Of a stretch of DNA of 64,000 nt, positions 7,114 through 15,284 are shown one piece after another. The translations under genes were made by a program, and so were the position numbers. Source of the DNA: a virus; the IMG/VR virus record IMGVR_UViG_3300027864_000003; one strand, given 5' to 3'. A model generated the notes under the pieces. The model was not told the origin of the DNA and ran no database searches. It saw only the letters and a program-made list of their open reading frames with translations. The stretch's first letter is position 1. Each line of letters begins with the position of its first letter.

Positions 7114-7889
7114 AAGAAAAAATAAATACCATAAGCGCGGCAGTTAAAGAGGTAATTGATAATTATCCAATTGGTCATGAATTTTACGGTAATGAATTTA
7201 AAGATGATTGCGTAAAATTAGTTCCAGAAGCGATGGAGTCCTATGTTGACACCTTCCTAAAAATGGCGCGCCGGCATAGGCGCGATTCTTATATTTCAAT
7301 AGACCATAACAACAGCTTATATAAAAGAGTTAAATCTAACTATGAAATTGAACAAGAAAAAATAGAGCGGGAACGCGCTGAGGAATTAGCGAGAATTGAA
7401 GAGGAAAAACAATCAAGAAAAACCGAACAGATAAATCTTCCGTTTGCTCAGGGTTTTTTCGCTTTCTTTTTTGTTGTTTTTTTGGGTGCGGTTTTCGTTT
7501 TAGAATCGGGGTATGGGCGACCTCTTTTCCCGCCGTCTTTAATGGCTTCAAAGTCAGCTTCCCTATATATACCAGTAGCGCCTACAAAATCAAAAGGCTT
7601 TCTGCCTGCTCTTTTTAACCGTTGGTTAACTGCTGCTGTAGATATTCCAAGCCGTTTTGAAAAAACTAATAATGTTAATGGTGTTTCCATAACTCAAAGT
7701 ATATATAGAAAAAACATTGAAAATCAAGAGGTAAATGTTCAAATATTCAAATATTTAAACATTTATCTATACAGCCGTATAGTAAAAAATCACAATTTTT
7801 CAAAAATTTTTGAAAATTCTTTCAAGAACCTTGACAAGCCTCTAAGGCGGGGCTATTGTATTAGTATGTTTAAATGTTTAAATACTTAA
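7110..7889 (+). CDS. hypothetical protein; only the first ~115 aa look genuine, the rest is antisense to the 7448-7690 gene
   Basis: Composition shifts to F/V-rich antisense-like sequence after EQINLPF. Confidence 0.5.
   Translation: MKEKINTISAAVKEVIDNYPIGHEFYGNEFKDDCVKLVPEAMESYVDTFLKMARRHRRDSYISIDHNNSLYKRVKSNYEIEQEKIERERAEELARIEEEKQSRKTEQINLPFAQGFFAFFFVVFLGAVFVLESGYGRPLFPPSLMASKSASLYIPVAPTKSKGFLPALFNRWLTAAVDIPSRFEKTNNVNGVSITQSIYRKNIENQEVNVQIFKYLNIYLYSRIVKNHNFSKIFENSFKNLDKPLRRGYCISMFKCLNT
7448..7690 (-). CDS. small HTH DNA-binding protein with basic tail
   Basis: TLLVFSKRLGISTAAVNQRLKRAG HTH, RGRP motif, Lys-rich tail. Confidence 0.7.
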   Translation of the reverse strand: METPLTLLVFSKRLGISTAAVNQRLKRAGRKPFDFVGATGIYREADFEAIKDGGKRGRPYPDSKTKTAPKKTTKKKAKKP

Positions 7890-7903
7890 ACATTTAAACA
7901 TAC
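7733..7903. promoter_or_regulatory. divergent promoter/operator region
   Basis: TTGACA 7831-7836, N17, TATTGT 7854-7859; perfect 18-bp inverted repeat 7864-7881/7886-7903; related 14-bp inverted repeat (1 mismatch) at ~7733-7764. Confidence 0.7.
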
Positions 7904-7959
7904 GTGGCATCGGGGAAACCGACAGCCAATGGGCTCCACAGGAGCCAAAGGAGATTTTT

Positions 7960-8592
7960 ATGATGGAATACAAAAGTTTAGCGGATTGGTTAAAAGCCAA
8001 AGGAAACCCAAAACACAGCATCGCAGATGGCGAAGATGGAAAAAAGGTTATTGCTGTTGAAGATGAAAACGGCATTATGCTTTTCTGCTTTACAGAAAAA
8101 GCATCACCTTACGGCGGAAACCCCTATTTCTGGATGAGTTCAGGCTGGGGAGTGAATAAAGAATTTTTTCCTGCAATTAAAAAGTTTCTCAATACTCCCA
8201 AATCATTTTATTCAACACCTGAAATGAGCATAACTGAATTTGACAAGCCAATTGAAATTGATTGTAGCGATGAAAATGATTATGATTTCGGATGGATTCG
8301 CAAGGCTGATAAATTATCATTAACCGATACTGTAGACCCTTGCGATTGCGAAGATACATTTTACGCGGGCGGTTCTGTAACCGTAAGCAAGGAATTGTTT
8401 AATGACATTCTGAATAATGTGTCAGAACCTGAATATCACTTTGTAAAACTTCTTAAAGAAAAAAATATCACAAAGTTTTATATCACAGCAGAGGATGTTG
8501 ATTCGATTCTGCTTTGCAGAACAGAAGGTTATTCCTATCTCCGCTATGTCCAATTAGTTGACATCGAATGTCTGCCAGGCGAGGGGGAATAA
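7960..8592 (+). CDS. hypothetical protein
   Basis: AAGGAG SD, 210-aa ORF in the rightward early operon. Confidence 0.7.
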   Translation: MMEYKSLADWLKAKGNPKHSIADGEDGKKVIAVEDENGIMLFCFTEKASPYGGNPYFWMSSGWGVNKEFFPAIKKFLNTPKSFYSTPEMSITEFDKPIEIDCSDENDYDFGWIRKADKLSLTDTVDPCDCEDTFYAGGSVTVSKELFNDILNNVSEPEYHFVKLLKEKNITKFYITAEDVDSILLCRTEGYSYLRYVQLVDIECLPGEGE

Positions 8593-8593
8593 A

Positions 8594-9040
8594 ATGACAA
8601 GAGAAAATATTTTACAGAAAAACATTGAAATGGCTAAGCATAATCTCTACTGCTATTCAGAAGATTATTTAAGTTCAAGACCGAAAGCAGGTTGCGAAAA
8701 AGAATATGCAGAAACCAAAGAGGAATTAAACATTCTCGAATCATGGTTAAAAGAAATACAAAATAAAAATGATTCTTCAAAACAGAACACCCCGGAAGAT
8801 TATACAGAATACAAAATCGTTGCATGGGTACTTAATGAAGTTACTGATACTGAAGGTGAAAAAGAAATCGAAATAATAAAAGCGGTATCTGACATTCATG
8901 CGAAAAAGATTATGGAAGAACGTATCAGATACGGTAAAGCACCCAAAGGTGCATGGCTTGAAAAGAGACATGGAAACACAATCCATTTTTATCGAATTGA
9001 CGGCGAAAAATACGAAGGAGCAAATAATGAAAATCAATAA
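8594..9040 (+). CDS. hypothetical protein
   Basis: GGGGG SD before ATG 8594. Confidence 0.7.
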   Translation: MTRENILQKNIEMAKHNLYCYSEDYLSSRPKAGCEKEYAETKEELNILESWLKEIQNKNDSSKQNTPEDYTEYKIVAWVLNEVTDTEGEKEIEIIKAVSDIHAKKIMEERIRYGKAPKGAWLEKRHGNTIHFYRIDGEKYEGANNENQ

Positions 9041-9281
9041 AGAAAATTTAAAAGCGGTTCCTGCATTCGGTGAATATGGAAGGATTATTGCGTGTGCAAT
9101 GTATGTCGCAAATAAAATAGCGAAAAATGGAAAGTTAGAAAACACAGTCCATGAACAGGTCGCTGATTTATATATCAAAGGAAAGAACACAATAAAGATC
9201 GCAGAATTAACAGGCTTTCAAGAAAAAACTGTCCGCGATGCCATTAGCGATATTCAAACCGTAATGGGAATTTCGGAATAA
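9027..9281 (+). CDS. hypothetical HTH protein
   Basis: GGAG SD; C-terminal KGKNTIKIAELTGFQEKTVRDAI HTH pattern. Confidence 0.6.
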   Translation: MKINKENLKAVPAFGEYGRIIACAMYVANKIAKNGKLENTVHEQVADLYIKGKNTIKIAELTGFQEKTVRDAISDIQTVMGISE

Positions 9282-9292
9282 GGAGAAAAACA

Positions 9293-9655
9293 ATGAAAGA
9301 GCAAAAAGAAATTATTGAAAAAATAAAACAGAACATGAAGGACACAAACGATCCGATATGCGGCGCGGTTTTTGAAAAAGAAGTTGAAACTGATTTTGCT
9401 ACATTCTGCGCTTTTGTTTTAACTCAATGGAAAAACGTAACAATAGAAACATCAAAAGGAAGTAATTCTACTGTTTACCTTTTCTATAACGGCAACAATG
9501 CAACCGATCATGTCGCTTCATACATTATAAATCTTTCATATAAAAAACCGCATGGAGCTTTCGGCGGTATAAGAATAGGCTCAGAAAATAAGTACAACGA
9601 AACAGGAAATTCTTATGTTGAAAACGCCTTTCAGGTGAAGGGAGTATCAGCATGA
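9293..9655 (+). CDS. hypothetical protein
   Basis: AAGGAG SD, operon context. Confidence 0.7.
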   Translation: MKEQKEIIEKIKQNMKDTNDPICGAVFEKEVETDFATFCAFVLTQWKNVTIETSKGSNSTVYLFYNGNNATDHVASYIINLSYKKPHGAFGGIRIGSENKYNETGNSYVENAFQVKGVSA

Positions 9656-9837
9656 CATTTACAGAAGCTGTTGAAAAAAGAAACGCGGCAAGAGCAAGGC
9701 GAAAAGAATTTGTAAAAAACGATGCAACGCCTATAGGAATGCTCGATGCCGAGTACGATTGGGGTTATTGGGATGCGGTTATTACGATTATGGACCGCAT
9801 GAAATTAAAAGAGATTGATGATAAGGCGGTACAGTAA
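9652..9837 (+). CDS. hypothetical protein
   Basis: ATGA overlap with the upstream gene. Confidence 0.65.
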   Translation: MTFTEAVEKRNAARARRKEFVKNDATPIGMLDAEYDWGYWDAVITIMDRMKLKEIDDKAVQ

Positions 9838-10571
9838 TGAAATACTTTAATCGCATTGATAATCTTGAAGAATTAAAAACCGAATATCGGCGCCTTGCTC
9901 TTGAAAATCACCCGGACAAAGGTGGTAAAACAGAAACGATGCAGGAAATCAATACTGATTTTGAATTGATGTTCCGAATATTAAAGAAAAAAGCACCGCA
10001 TACTGTTACGGAAACCGCAACTGAATATCGCAAAACATTTTATACAGAAAATGGATGGGCAGGATCACGTTATAACCCAAATATTACATTAAAAGAAATA
10101 GCCTCAATTACAAGAGGATATGTTAAAGACGTTTACCCAACATACAAATTCAGCGTTACAACTGAATATTATTCAGGAGGTTGCTCTCTTTATGTATGCC
10201 TTATGGAATCACCAGAAAATATCTTTGATGCCGATAGGGTAATTGAAACGGCAAAATCGCGTAATCATTTTCAAACTATAGAGGAATCAATAAGTGTATA
10301 TCAGAAAAATATAACAAGCGGGTATCTTCAAGGTTGGGAAAGATATTATGAAGCAATGACTGATAAGGCAAGAGAAGCATTAAAGGATGTTGAAGCTCTT
10401 GTTGAATCATACAATTATGATGATTCCGATAGTCAATATGATCATTTCGATGTTAATTTCTATTCTCATTTCTATATAGGCAAATGGGATAAACCATTAA
10501 AAATCGTTTCCAAAACAGAACGTATCCAAACAAATAAAGGACCCAAAAAAGCAAGGAGGATATCCGCATGA
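9837..10571 (+). CDS. DnaJ J-domain protein fused to an LPD29-like domain
   Basis: ELKTEYRRLALENHPDKGG (HPD motif); C-terminal YNYDDSDSQYDHFDVNFY. Confidence 0.8.
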   Translation: MKYFNRIDNLEELKTEYRRLALENHPDKGGKTETMQEINTDFELMFRILKKKAPHTVTETATEYRKTFYTENGWAGSRYNPNITLKEIASITRGYVKDVYPTYKFSVTTEYYSGGCSLYVCLMESPENIFDADRVIETAKSRNHFQTIEESISVYQKNITSGYLQGWERYYEAMTDKAREALKDVEALVESYNYDDSDSQYDHFDVNFYSHFYIGKWDKPLKIVSKTERIQTNKGPKKARRISA

Positions 10572-10825
10572 AAGTAAGTGTTTATAAAAATTCGGAAGAA
10601 TACTTAACCAGAGAATACGATTTTTCAGTTGCTTCTGCAAAGGAACTTGAAAATCAATTATTTCTGCATTGCGAAGCGATAGGCGTTGTACCAACTGCGG
10701 CCGGAATTACAATTCCCAGAGAATATGACAGCAGTTGCGATCACATCATAAAACGAACAGTAGACAATACATCGATGCTCGATGCCGCTATTGAAATCCT
10801 TAAATACTATCAGGGGAGAAAATAA
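10568..10825 (+). CDS. hypothetical protein
   Basis: AGGAGG SD, ATGA overlap. Confidence 0.7.
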   Translation: MKVSVYKNSEEYLTREYDFSVASAKELENQLFLHCEAIGVVPTAAGITIPREYDSSCDHIIKRTVDNTSMLDAAIEILKYYQGRK

Positions 10826-10936
10826 ACATGAGACACGTTATAACCTGCAACATGGCAAAAATCAAAAAAGAACAGTTGCAGTTTTCCAAAATAAGCAAAG
10901 TTCCTCCGGCAACAGCGAAATAAAAAGGGAAGCCGT

Positions 10937-11728
10937 ATGCAGAATCAACTGGGGAAAAACTTTATAAATATTCTCGAACATATAAAACCATCAAAGCACG
11001 CTTATGAAGTTTTTTCCGATTGGTTGGTTCTGTCAGCGGCGGTACTTTACATTTGGAAAGGCGATGAAAATATAAATAAAGAATATTCAGAAACAGCAAA
11101 AGATTATCCAGAAGATGAATTATTAAAAATGGGAGAATTGCTAGATATTACGGTCAATGCCCTTGAAGAAAAAGAACAGGATTTTTTAGGGGAGATATTT
11201 ATAGATGCAAGATTATCAAATGCGAAAACAGGACAATTCTTTACTCCATACCATGTGTCATATATGAGTGCATTAGCGACAATGGGTGAATGTGAATTCC
11301 CAAAAGGTCGCGTATGTAAAATAAATGATCCAGCCTGCGGGGCGGGGGGTATGCTTATCGCTGGATTGCAGGTAATGAAAGAAAAAAATTTTAATTATCA
11401 GCAAAACGCTTTTTTTATAGCCCAAGATATTGACGCGCGCTGTGCGCGGATGTCGTATATACAACTCAGTTTATTAGGCGCTCCTGCGGTTGTCTACTGC
11501 ATGAATACTTTAACAGGTCAAGAATATTGGCACAGAGAAACAATCGGATATCATCTGTCCGGAATGGAGTATAGGCTCCGCACCGAACAGTTAATTGATA
11601 ATGTAAAAAGTTTTAATCAAGAAGAAATAGAAGAATCTGAACAAATACAGATAGAAGAAACATCTCCAATATCAATAATACAAAGCAGTGAAAAACGTTG
11701 CGAGTTGGTACAGGGAGAATTATTTTAG
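10937..11728 (+). CDS. N-6 DNA methylase-like protein (SAM-binding half)
   Basis: GQFFTPYHVS, INDPACGAGGML, AQDID; no NPPY/F motif IV seen. Confidence 0.8.
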   Translation: MQNQLGKNFINILEHIKPSKHAYEVFSDWLVLSAAVLYIWKGDENINKEYSETAKDYPEDELLKMGELLDITVNALEEKEQDFLGEIFIDARLSNAKTGQFFTPYHVSYMSALATMGECEFPKGRVCKINDPACGAGGMLIAGLQVMKEKNFNYQQNAFFIAQDIDARCARMSYIQLSLLGAPAVVYCMNTLTGQEYWHRETIGYHLSGMEYRLRTEQLIDNVKSFNQEEIEESEQIQIEETSPISIIQSSEKRCELVQGELF

Positions 11729-11777
11729 GGAAAAAACCGCGTTGCGGTTCTATATATAAATTTAAGAGGAGAGTTTT

Positions 11778-12023
11778 ATGACGGCATTAGTTATGCAAAG
11801 GCTGACTGAAGCTTTGGCTAAAGAAGGTTTCGTTGTCAAGAAAATCCAAGACGAAGAAATTAGTTCTTTTAGCAGAAACACCTGCGAGAAATACACAGGT
11901 GAAATAATAATCAAAGTCCGGCCTGCTGATGAAGAGGAAGAAGAAGCTGAGATTGTAAGGCTTCGCAAAGAAAAAGAGAGGGGATCAAATAAACCCTCAA
12001 AAACAGAGGGGGTGACGTTTTGA
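11778..12023 (+). CDS. hypothetical protein
   Basis: AGGAG SD. Confidence 0.65.
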   Translation: MTALVMQRLTEALAKEGFVVKKIQDEEISSFSRNTCEKYTGEIIIKVRPADEEEEEAEIVRLRKEKERGSNKPSKTEGVTF

Positions 12024-12898
12024 AAATAACAAACAAGATGGGTTTGCCGGAAGCACTGTTTAAAGCAGTTTCAATTCGCAAACGCACACCCGGTCGGTTA
12101 TCTGCAACAACAATGTTAAACGGTATAAAGCAGATATTGCTGACGGATCGCCACTGGGATGAACTTGAAGAAGATGTCGTAGATCGCTTCTGGGCTATCT
12201 TCGGTACTGCCGGTCACAAAGTTCTTGAACATGAAGGAGCTTATGACTTCACAGAAGAATACATGACTCATGAACTTGACGGCATTATAGTAAGCGGACA
12301 AATCGACAATTACAACATGAAAGAAGCGCGCATATCTGATTACAAGTTCGTTGCAGATTACAAAATAAAAATCCGTGATTTTACAGATTGGGAACGCCAA
12401 GGAATGATATACGCTTGGCTTCTGATTAAAAACGGATTTGAGGTTAAAACTTGCCGGTTTATAGCCCTTATCAAAAACCATTCCAAACGGGATGCCAAGC
12501 GTGATCCATTTTACCCACAATATCCCCTCTATGTCCACGAATTTGATGTGACAGAACAGCGCCTTGCGGAAATCGAAGCGTTTATGCGCGAGAAAATTGC
12601 GGAGTACAAAAAATATCGTGAAATGGCAGACGATTTAATTCCGCCATGTTCGCCGAAAGAACGCTGGGATAAACCCACAAAGTACGCAGTCATGAAAGGA
12701 GCGAATAAAAGAGCAACGCGCGTTTTTGATACGCTCCCCGAAGCGGAAAAAATGGTTGCTGATAATGGGGCTGGATATTCAGTAGTTACCCGCCCAGGCG
12801 AATCAGTGCGCTGTCAGGATTATTGCAGTTGTTGCGATTTCTGCAACTTTTACCGCGATAATGTCGCAAATGCTGAGGATGAAAACGCCGCGGCATAA
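12020..12898 (+). CDS. Cas4-like PD-(D/E)XK phage exonuclease
   Basis: GTAGH, SGQID...ISDYK nuclease motifs; C-terminal RCQDYCSCCDFC cysteine cluster. Confidence 0.85.
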   Translation: MKITNKMGLPEALFKAVSIRKRTPGRLSATTMLNGIKQILLTDRHWDELEEDVVDRFWAIFGTAGHKVLEHEGAYDFTEEYMTHELDGIIVSGQIDNYNMKEARISDYKFVADYKIKIRDFTDWERQGMIYAWLLIKNGFEVKTCRFIALIKNHSKRDAKRDPFYPQYPLYVHEFDVTEQRLAEIEAFMREKIAEYKKYREMADDLIPPCSPKERWDKPTKYAVMKGANKRATRVFDTLPEAEKMVADNGAGYSVVTRPGESVRCQDYCSCCDFCNFYRDNVANAEDENAAA

Positions 12899-12922
12899 AC
12901 AAATTTCATAAGGAGATTTCAA

Positions 12923-14041
12923 ATGGCTTTTAAGAAAGCAGTTAAATCACAGGCAAAATTGAGGGCTGCCTTATTCGGTCCCTCCGGAGCTGGTAAAACA
13001 TTTACCGCTTTGAAAATTGCAACGGGAATTATTAACGTAATTGGCGGAAGAATTGCGTTAATTGATTCAGAGCGTTCGAGCGCATCAAAATACGCAGACA
13101 GATTTGATTTCGATCAGGTCGATTTGGAAAACAAAGACATCGATGAATATGTTTTCTTCATTAAAGAAGCGGCCGCGGCGAAATATCCTGTTTTGATTAT
13201 CGATTCAATTTCTCATGCTTGGCAACAATTACTCGAATCGATTGATAAAATCGCCAACGCAAAATACAAAGGCAATACATGGTCTGCGTGGAGCGAAGGA
13301 ACGCCGGAACAGCGAAAACTTGTAGATGCGATTACAAGTTTCTCCGGGCATATTATCGTTACTATGCGCAGTAAAACAGAATGGACAACAACAACCAATG
13401 ACAGAGGAAAATCTACACCTGTTCGTGTCGGTCTTGCGCCGGAACAGGGAAAAGGTATCGAATATGAGTTTGATATTCTTTTTGAGATTTCGCCCGAACA
13501 CATGGCGCATATCATAAAAGACAGAACCGGAAAATTTCAGGACAAAATCATCGATAAACCCGGCGAAGAATTCGGACAGCAACTCATTAACTGGCTTAAT
13601 GAAGGCGTTGAATCAATGCAGTCAAAGGAACAGCGATTAAAAGACGCATTGGCTGAAGTCGGAAATATCCTTGGCAGTGAAGAAGCCGGCAAACGCATTT
13701 TCACAGATGAAGAAGTAGCGGAAGTGCGAACACGAAGCAAAACAGAACTTGCGAAAATACCAAAGGATCAGGTTGATAATAAAATCAACTTTGTTAACGG
13801 ATTGTCGGAAGAATTGTTAAAGAAATTGCATGAACGTTTGGAAGCCGCCGACAAAGAAAAGCAAACATCACCCCAAACCGAAACTGTACCTGCAGAGACT
13901 GAAGCACAACAGACCGAAGCAAAAACAGCGGAAGAACCCATCGATGATGGTTTTGTTGACGATATATCTGAATCCACACCAAGAGGCAAGAAAGACAAAA
14001 ACGCCGAACCCGAATTGGCATTAGGAGCGCGGCATGAGTGA
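12923..14041 (+). CDS. AAA ATPase (Sak4-like recombination ATPase)
   Basis: Walker A GPSGAGKT, Walker B LIIDSISHAW, EYEFD. Confidence 0.85.
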   Translation: MAFKKAVKSQAKLRAALFGPSGAGKTFTALKIATGIINVIGGRIALIDSERSSASKYADRFDFDQVDLENKDIDEYVFFIKEAAAAKYPVLIIDSISHAWQQLLESIDKIANAKYKGNTWSAWSEGTPEQRKLVDAITSFSGHIIVTMRSKTEWTTTTNDRGKSTPVRVGLAPEQGKGIEYEFDILFEISPEHMAHIIKDRTGKFQDKIIDKPGEEFGQQLINWLNEGVESMQSKEQRLKDALAEVGNILGSEEAGKRIFTDEEVAEVRTRSKTELAKIPKDQVDNKINFVNGLSEELLKKLHERLEAADKEKQTSPQTETVPAETEAQQTEAKTAEEPIDDGFVDDISESTPRGKKDKNAEPELALGARHE

Positions 14042-14465
14042 CATAAACAAATCATTTTTGAACGGGCGCTTAGTCCGTGACGCAGAACTTAAATATACCA
14101 GTACCGGAAAAGCCGTAACAAAGTTTTCAATTGCGGTTAGTAAAAGGCGCAAGGTTGGAAACGAATGGAAAGATGAACCGCACTTTTTTGACTTGATACT
14201 CTGGGGGCAACTCGCAGAAAATTTACAGCCTTATCTGAAAAAAGGAAAGCAAGTAAGCATAGTCGGCGAACTTAGTCAGGAACGCTGGGAGCAGGATGGT
14301 CAAAACAGATCCAAGGTTTCAATCACTGTGCAGGAAATCCAGTTATTACATGGCGGTTCATCTGGATCGGGCTCTGGTTCTGATAATACAAACACAGAGC
14401 ATAAAACAGAAACACATCAGGCATCCGCGGCGGATGAAGGATATGTAGATGATATTCCATTTTAA
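14034..14465 (+). CDS. ssb: single-stranded DNA-binding protein
   Basis: NGRLVRDAELKYT...GQNRSK; acidic DDIPF tail. Confidence 0.95.
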   Translation: MSDINKSFLNGRLVRDAELKYTSTGKAVTKFSIAVSKRRKVGNEWKDEPHFFDLILWGQLAENLQPYLKKGKQVSIVGELSQERWEQDGQNRSKVSITVQEIQLLHGGSSGSGSGSDNTNTEHKTETHQASAADEGYVDDIPF

Positions 14466-14475
14466 GGAGTGAAGA

Positions 14476-15102
14476 ATGTTAAAAGAAACAATTGCGTTAC
14501 TAAACAACTGCGACACAAAACAAGAATACAAGGGTGCATTCTCAGAATTAACAGGAGAGGACTTGACCGATGGAGCCGATAAGATTGGTTTCTTTGACAG
14601 CCCCGCTTCGACTCAGCATCATGGCGTTTTTCCCGGGGGATTGGTAAAACATTCAGTGCAGGTTTTGACAAATTGTGCTGGCTTAATTGAGGCTTTCGAC
14701 AATTTACCTAGAAATTATATTCCTGTTGACCAAAAAAGTCTGGATATGTGGGAGTACGATCTTGTAATAGCGTGCTTATATCATGATCTTTGCAAAGCAG
14801 GAATGTATGAACAAACAACCAGAAACGTACAGGTAAATGGCGTTTGGCAGAAAGTCCCATACTTCAAGGTTATTGATGATAATACAGGTTTCGGGCATGG
14901 TGCTGAATCTTTATATCGCCTTGAACGTGCCGGGCATAAGTTTAATCACAAAGCCTGGGCAATGGCTGTTTACTGGCACATGGGTAATTACGGTTTGGAT
15001 TATACGCAATCTATTCAATACAGAAATGCTTGCAAGCGTTACCCGGAAGTATTAATGCTTCATACCGCAGACATGATGGCATCCGCAATACAGGGGCTAT
15101 AA
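14476..15102 (+). CDS. HD-domain phosphohydrolase
   Basis: PASTQHHG...GGLVKHS, LYHDLCK, GHGAES, YWHMG, LHTADM. Confidence 0.9.
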   Translation: MLKETIALLNNCDTKQEYKGAFSELTGEDLTDGADKIGFFDSPASTQHHGVFPGGLVKHSVQVLTNCAGLIEAFDNLPRNYIPVDQKSLDMWEYDLVIACLYHDLCKAGMYEQTTRNVQVNGVWQKVPYFKVIDDNTGFGHGAESLYRLERAGHKFNHKAWAMAVYWHMGNYGLDYTQSIQYRNACKRYPEVLMLHTADMMASAIQGL

Positions 15103-15104
15103 CA

Positions 15105-15284
15105 ATGTTAAGAAAATTATTGTGTTGGCTTGGCGTTCACAAATATGGAGAGCCTATTAATGCATTGAACGGCGGAGTTATCCGCTACTGCGCATATTGC
15201 TGTAGGCAAGAATGGAACAGAAAAGCCAACTTTGAAAAAACGAAGGAGCGTATTTATGAAAAAAGCAAAAATAAAATTGGCTGA
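15105..15284 (+). CDS. small Cys-containing phage protein
   Basis: MLRKLLCWLGVHKY...RYCAYCCR; GGGG SD. Confidence 0.55.
   Translation: MLRKLLCWLGVHKYGEPINALNGGVIRYCAYCCRQEWNRKANFEKTKERIYEKSKNKIG

Noticed and set aside
12020-12898. Cas4-like nuclease as evidence of CRISPR-Cas
   Set aside because: Sits in a standard nuclease-ATPase-SSB phage recombination module; no cas1/cas2 or array
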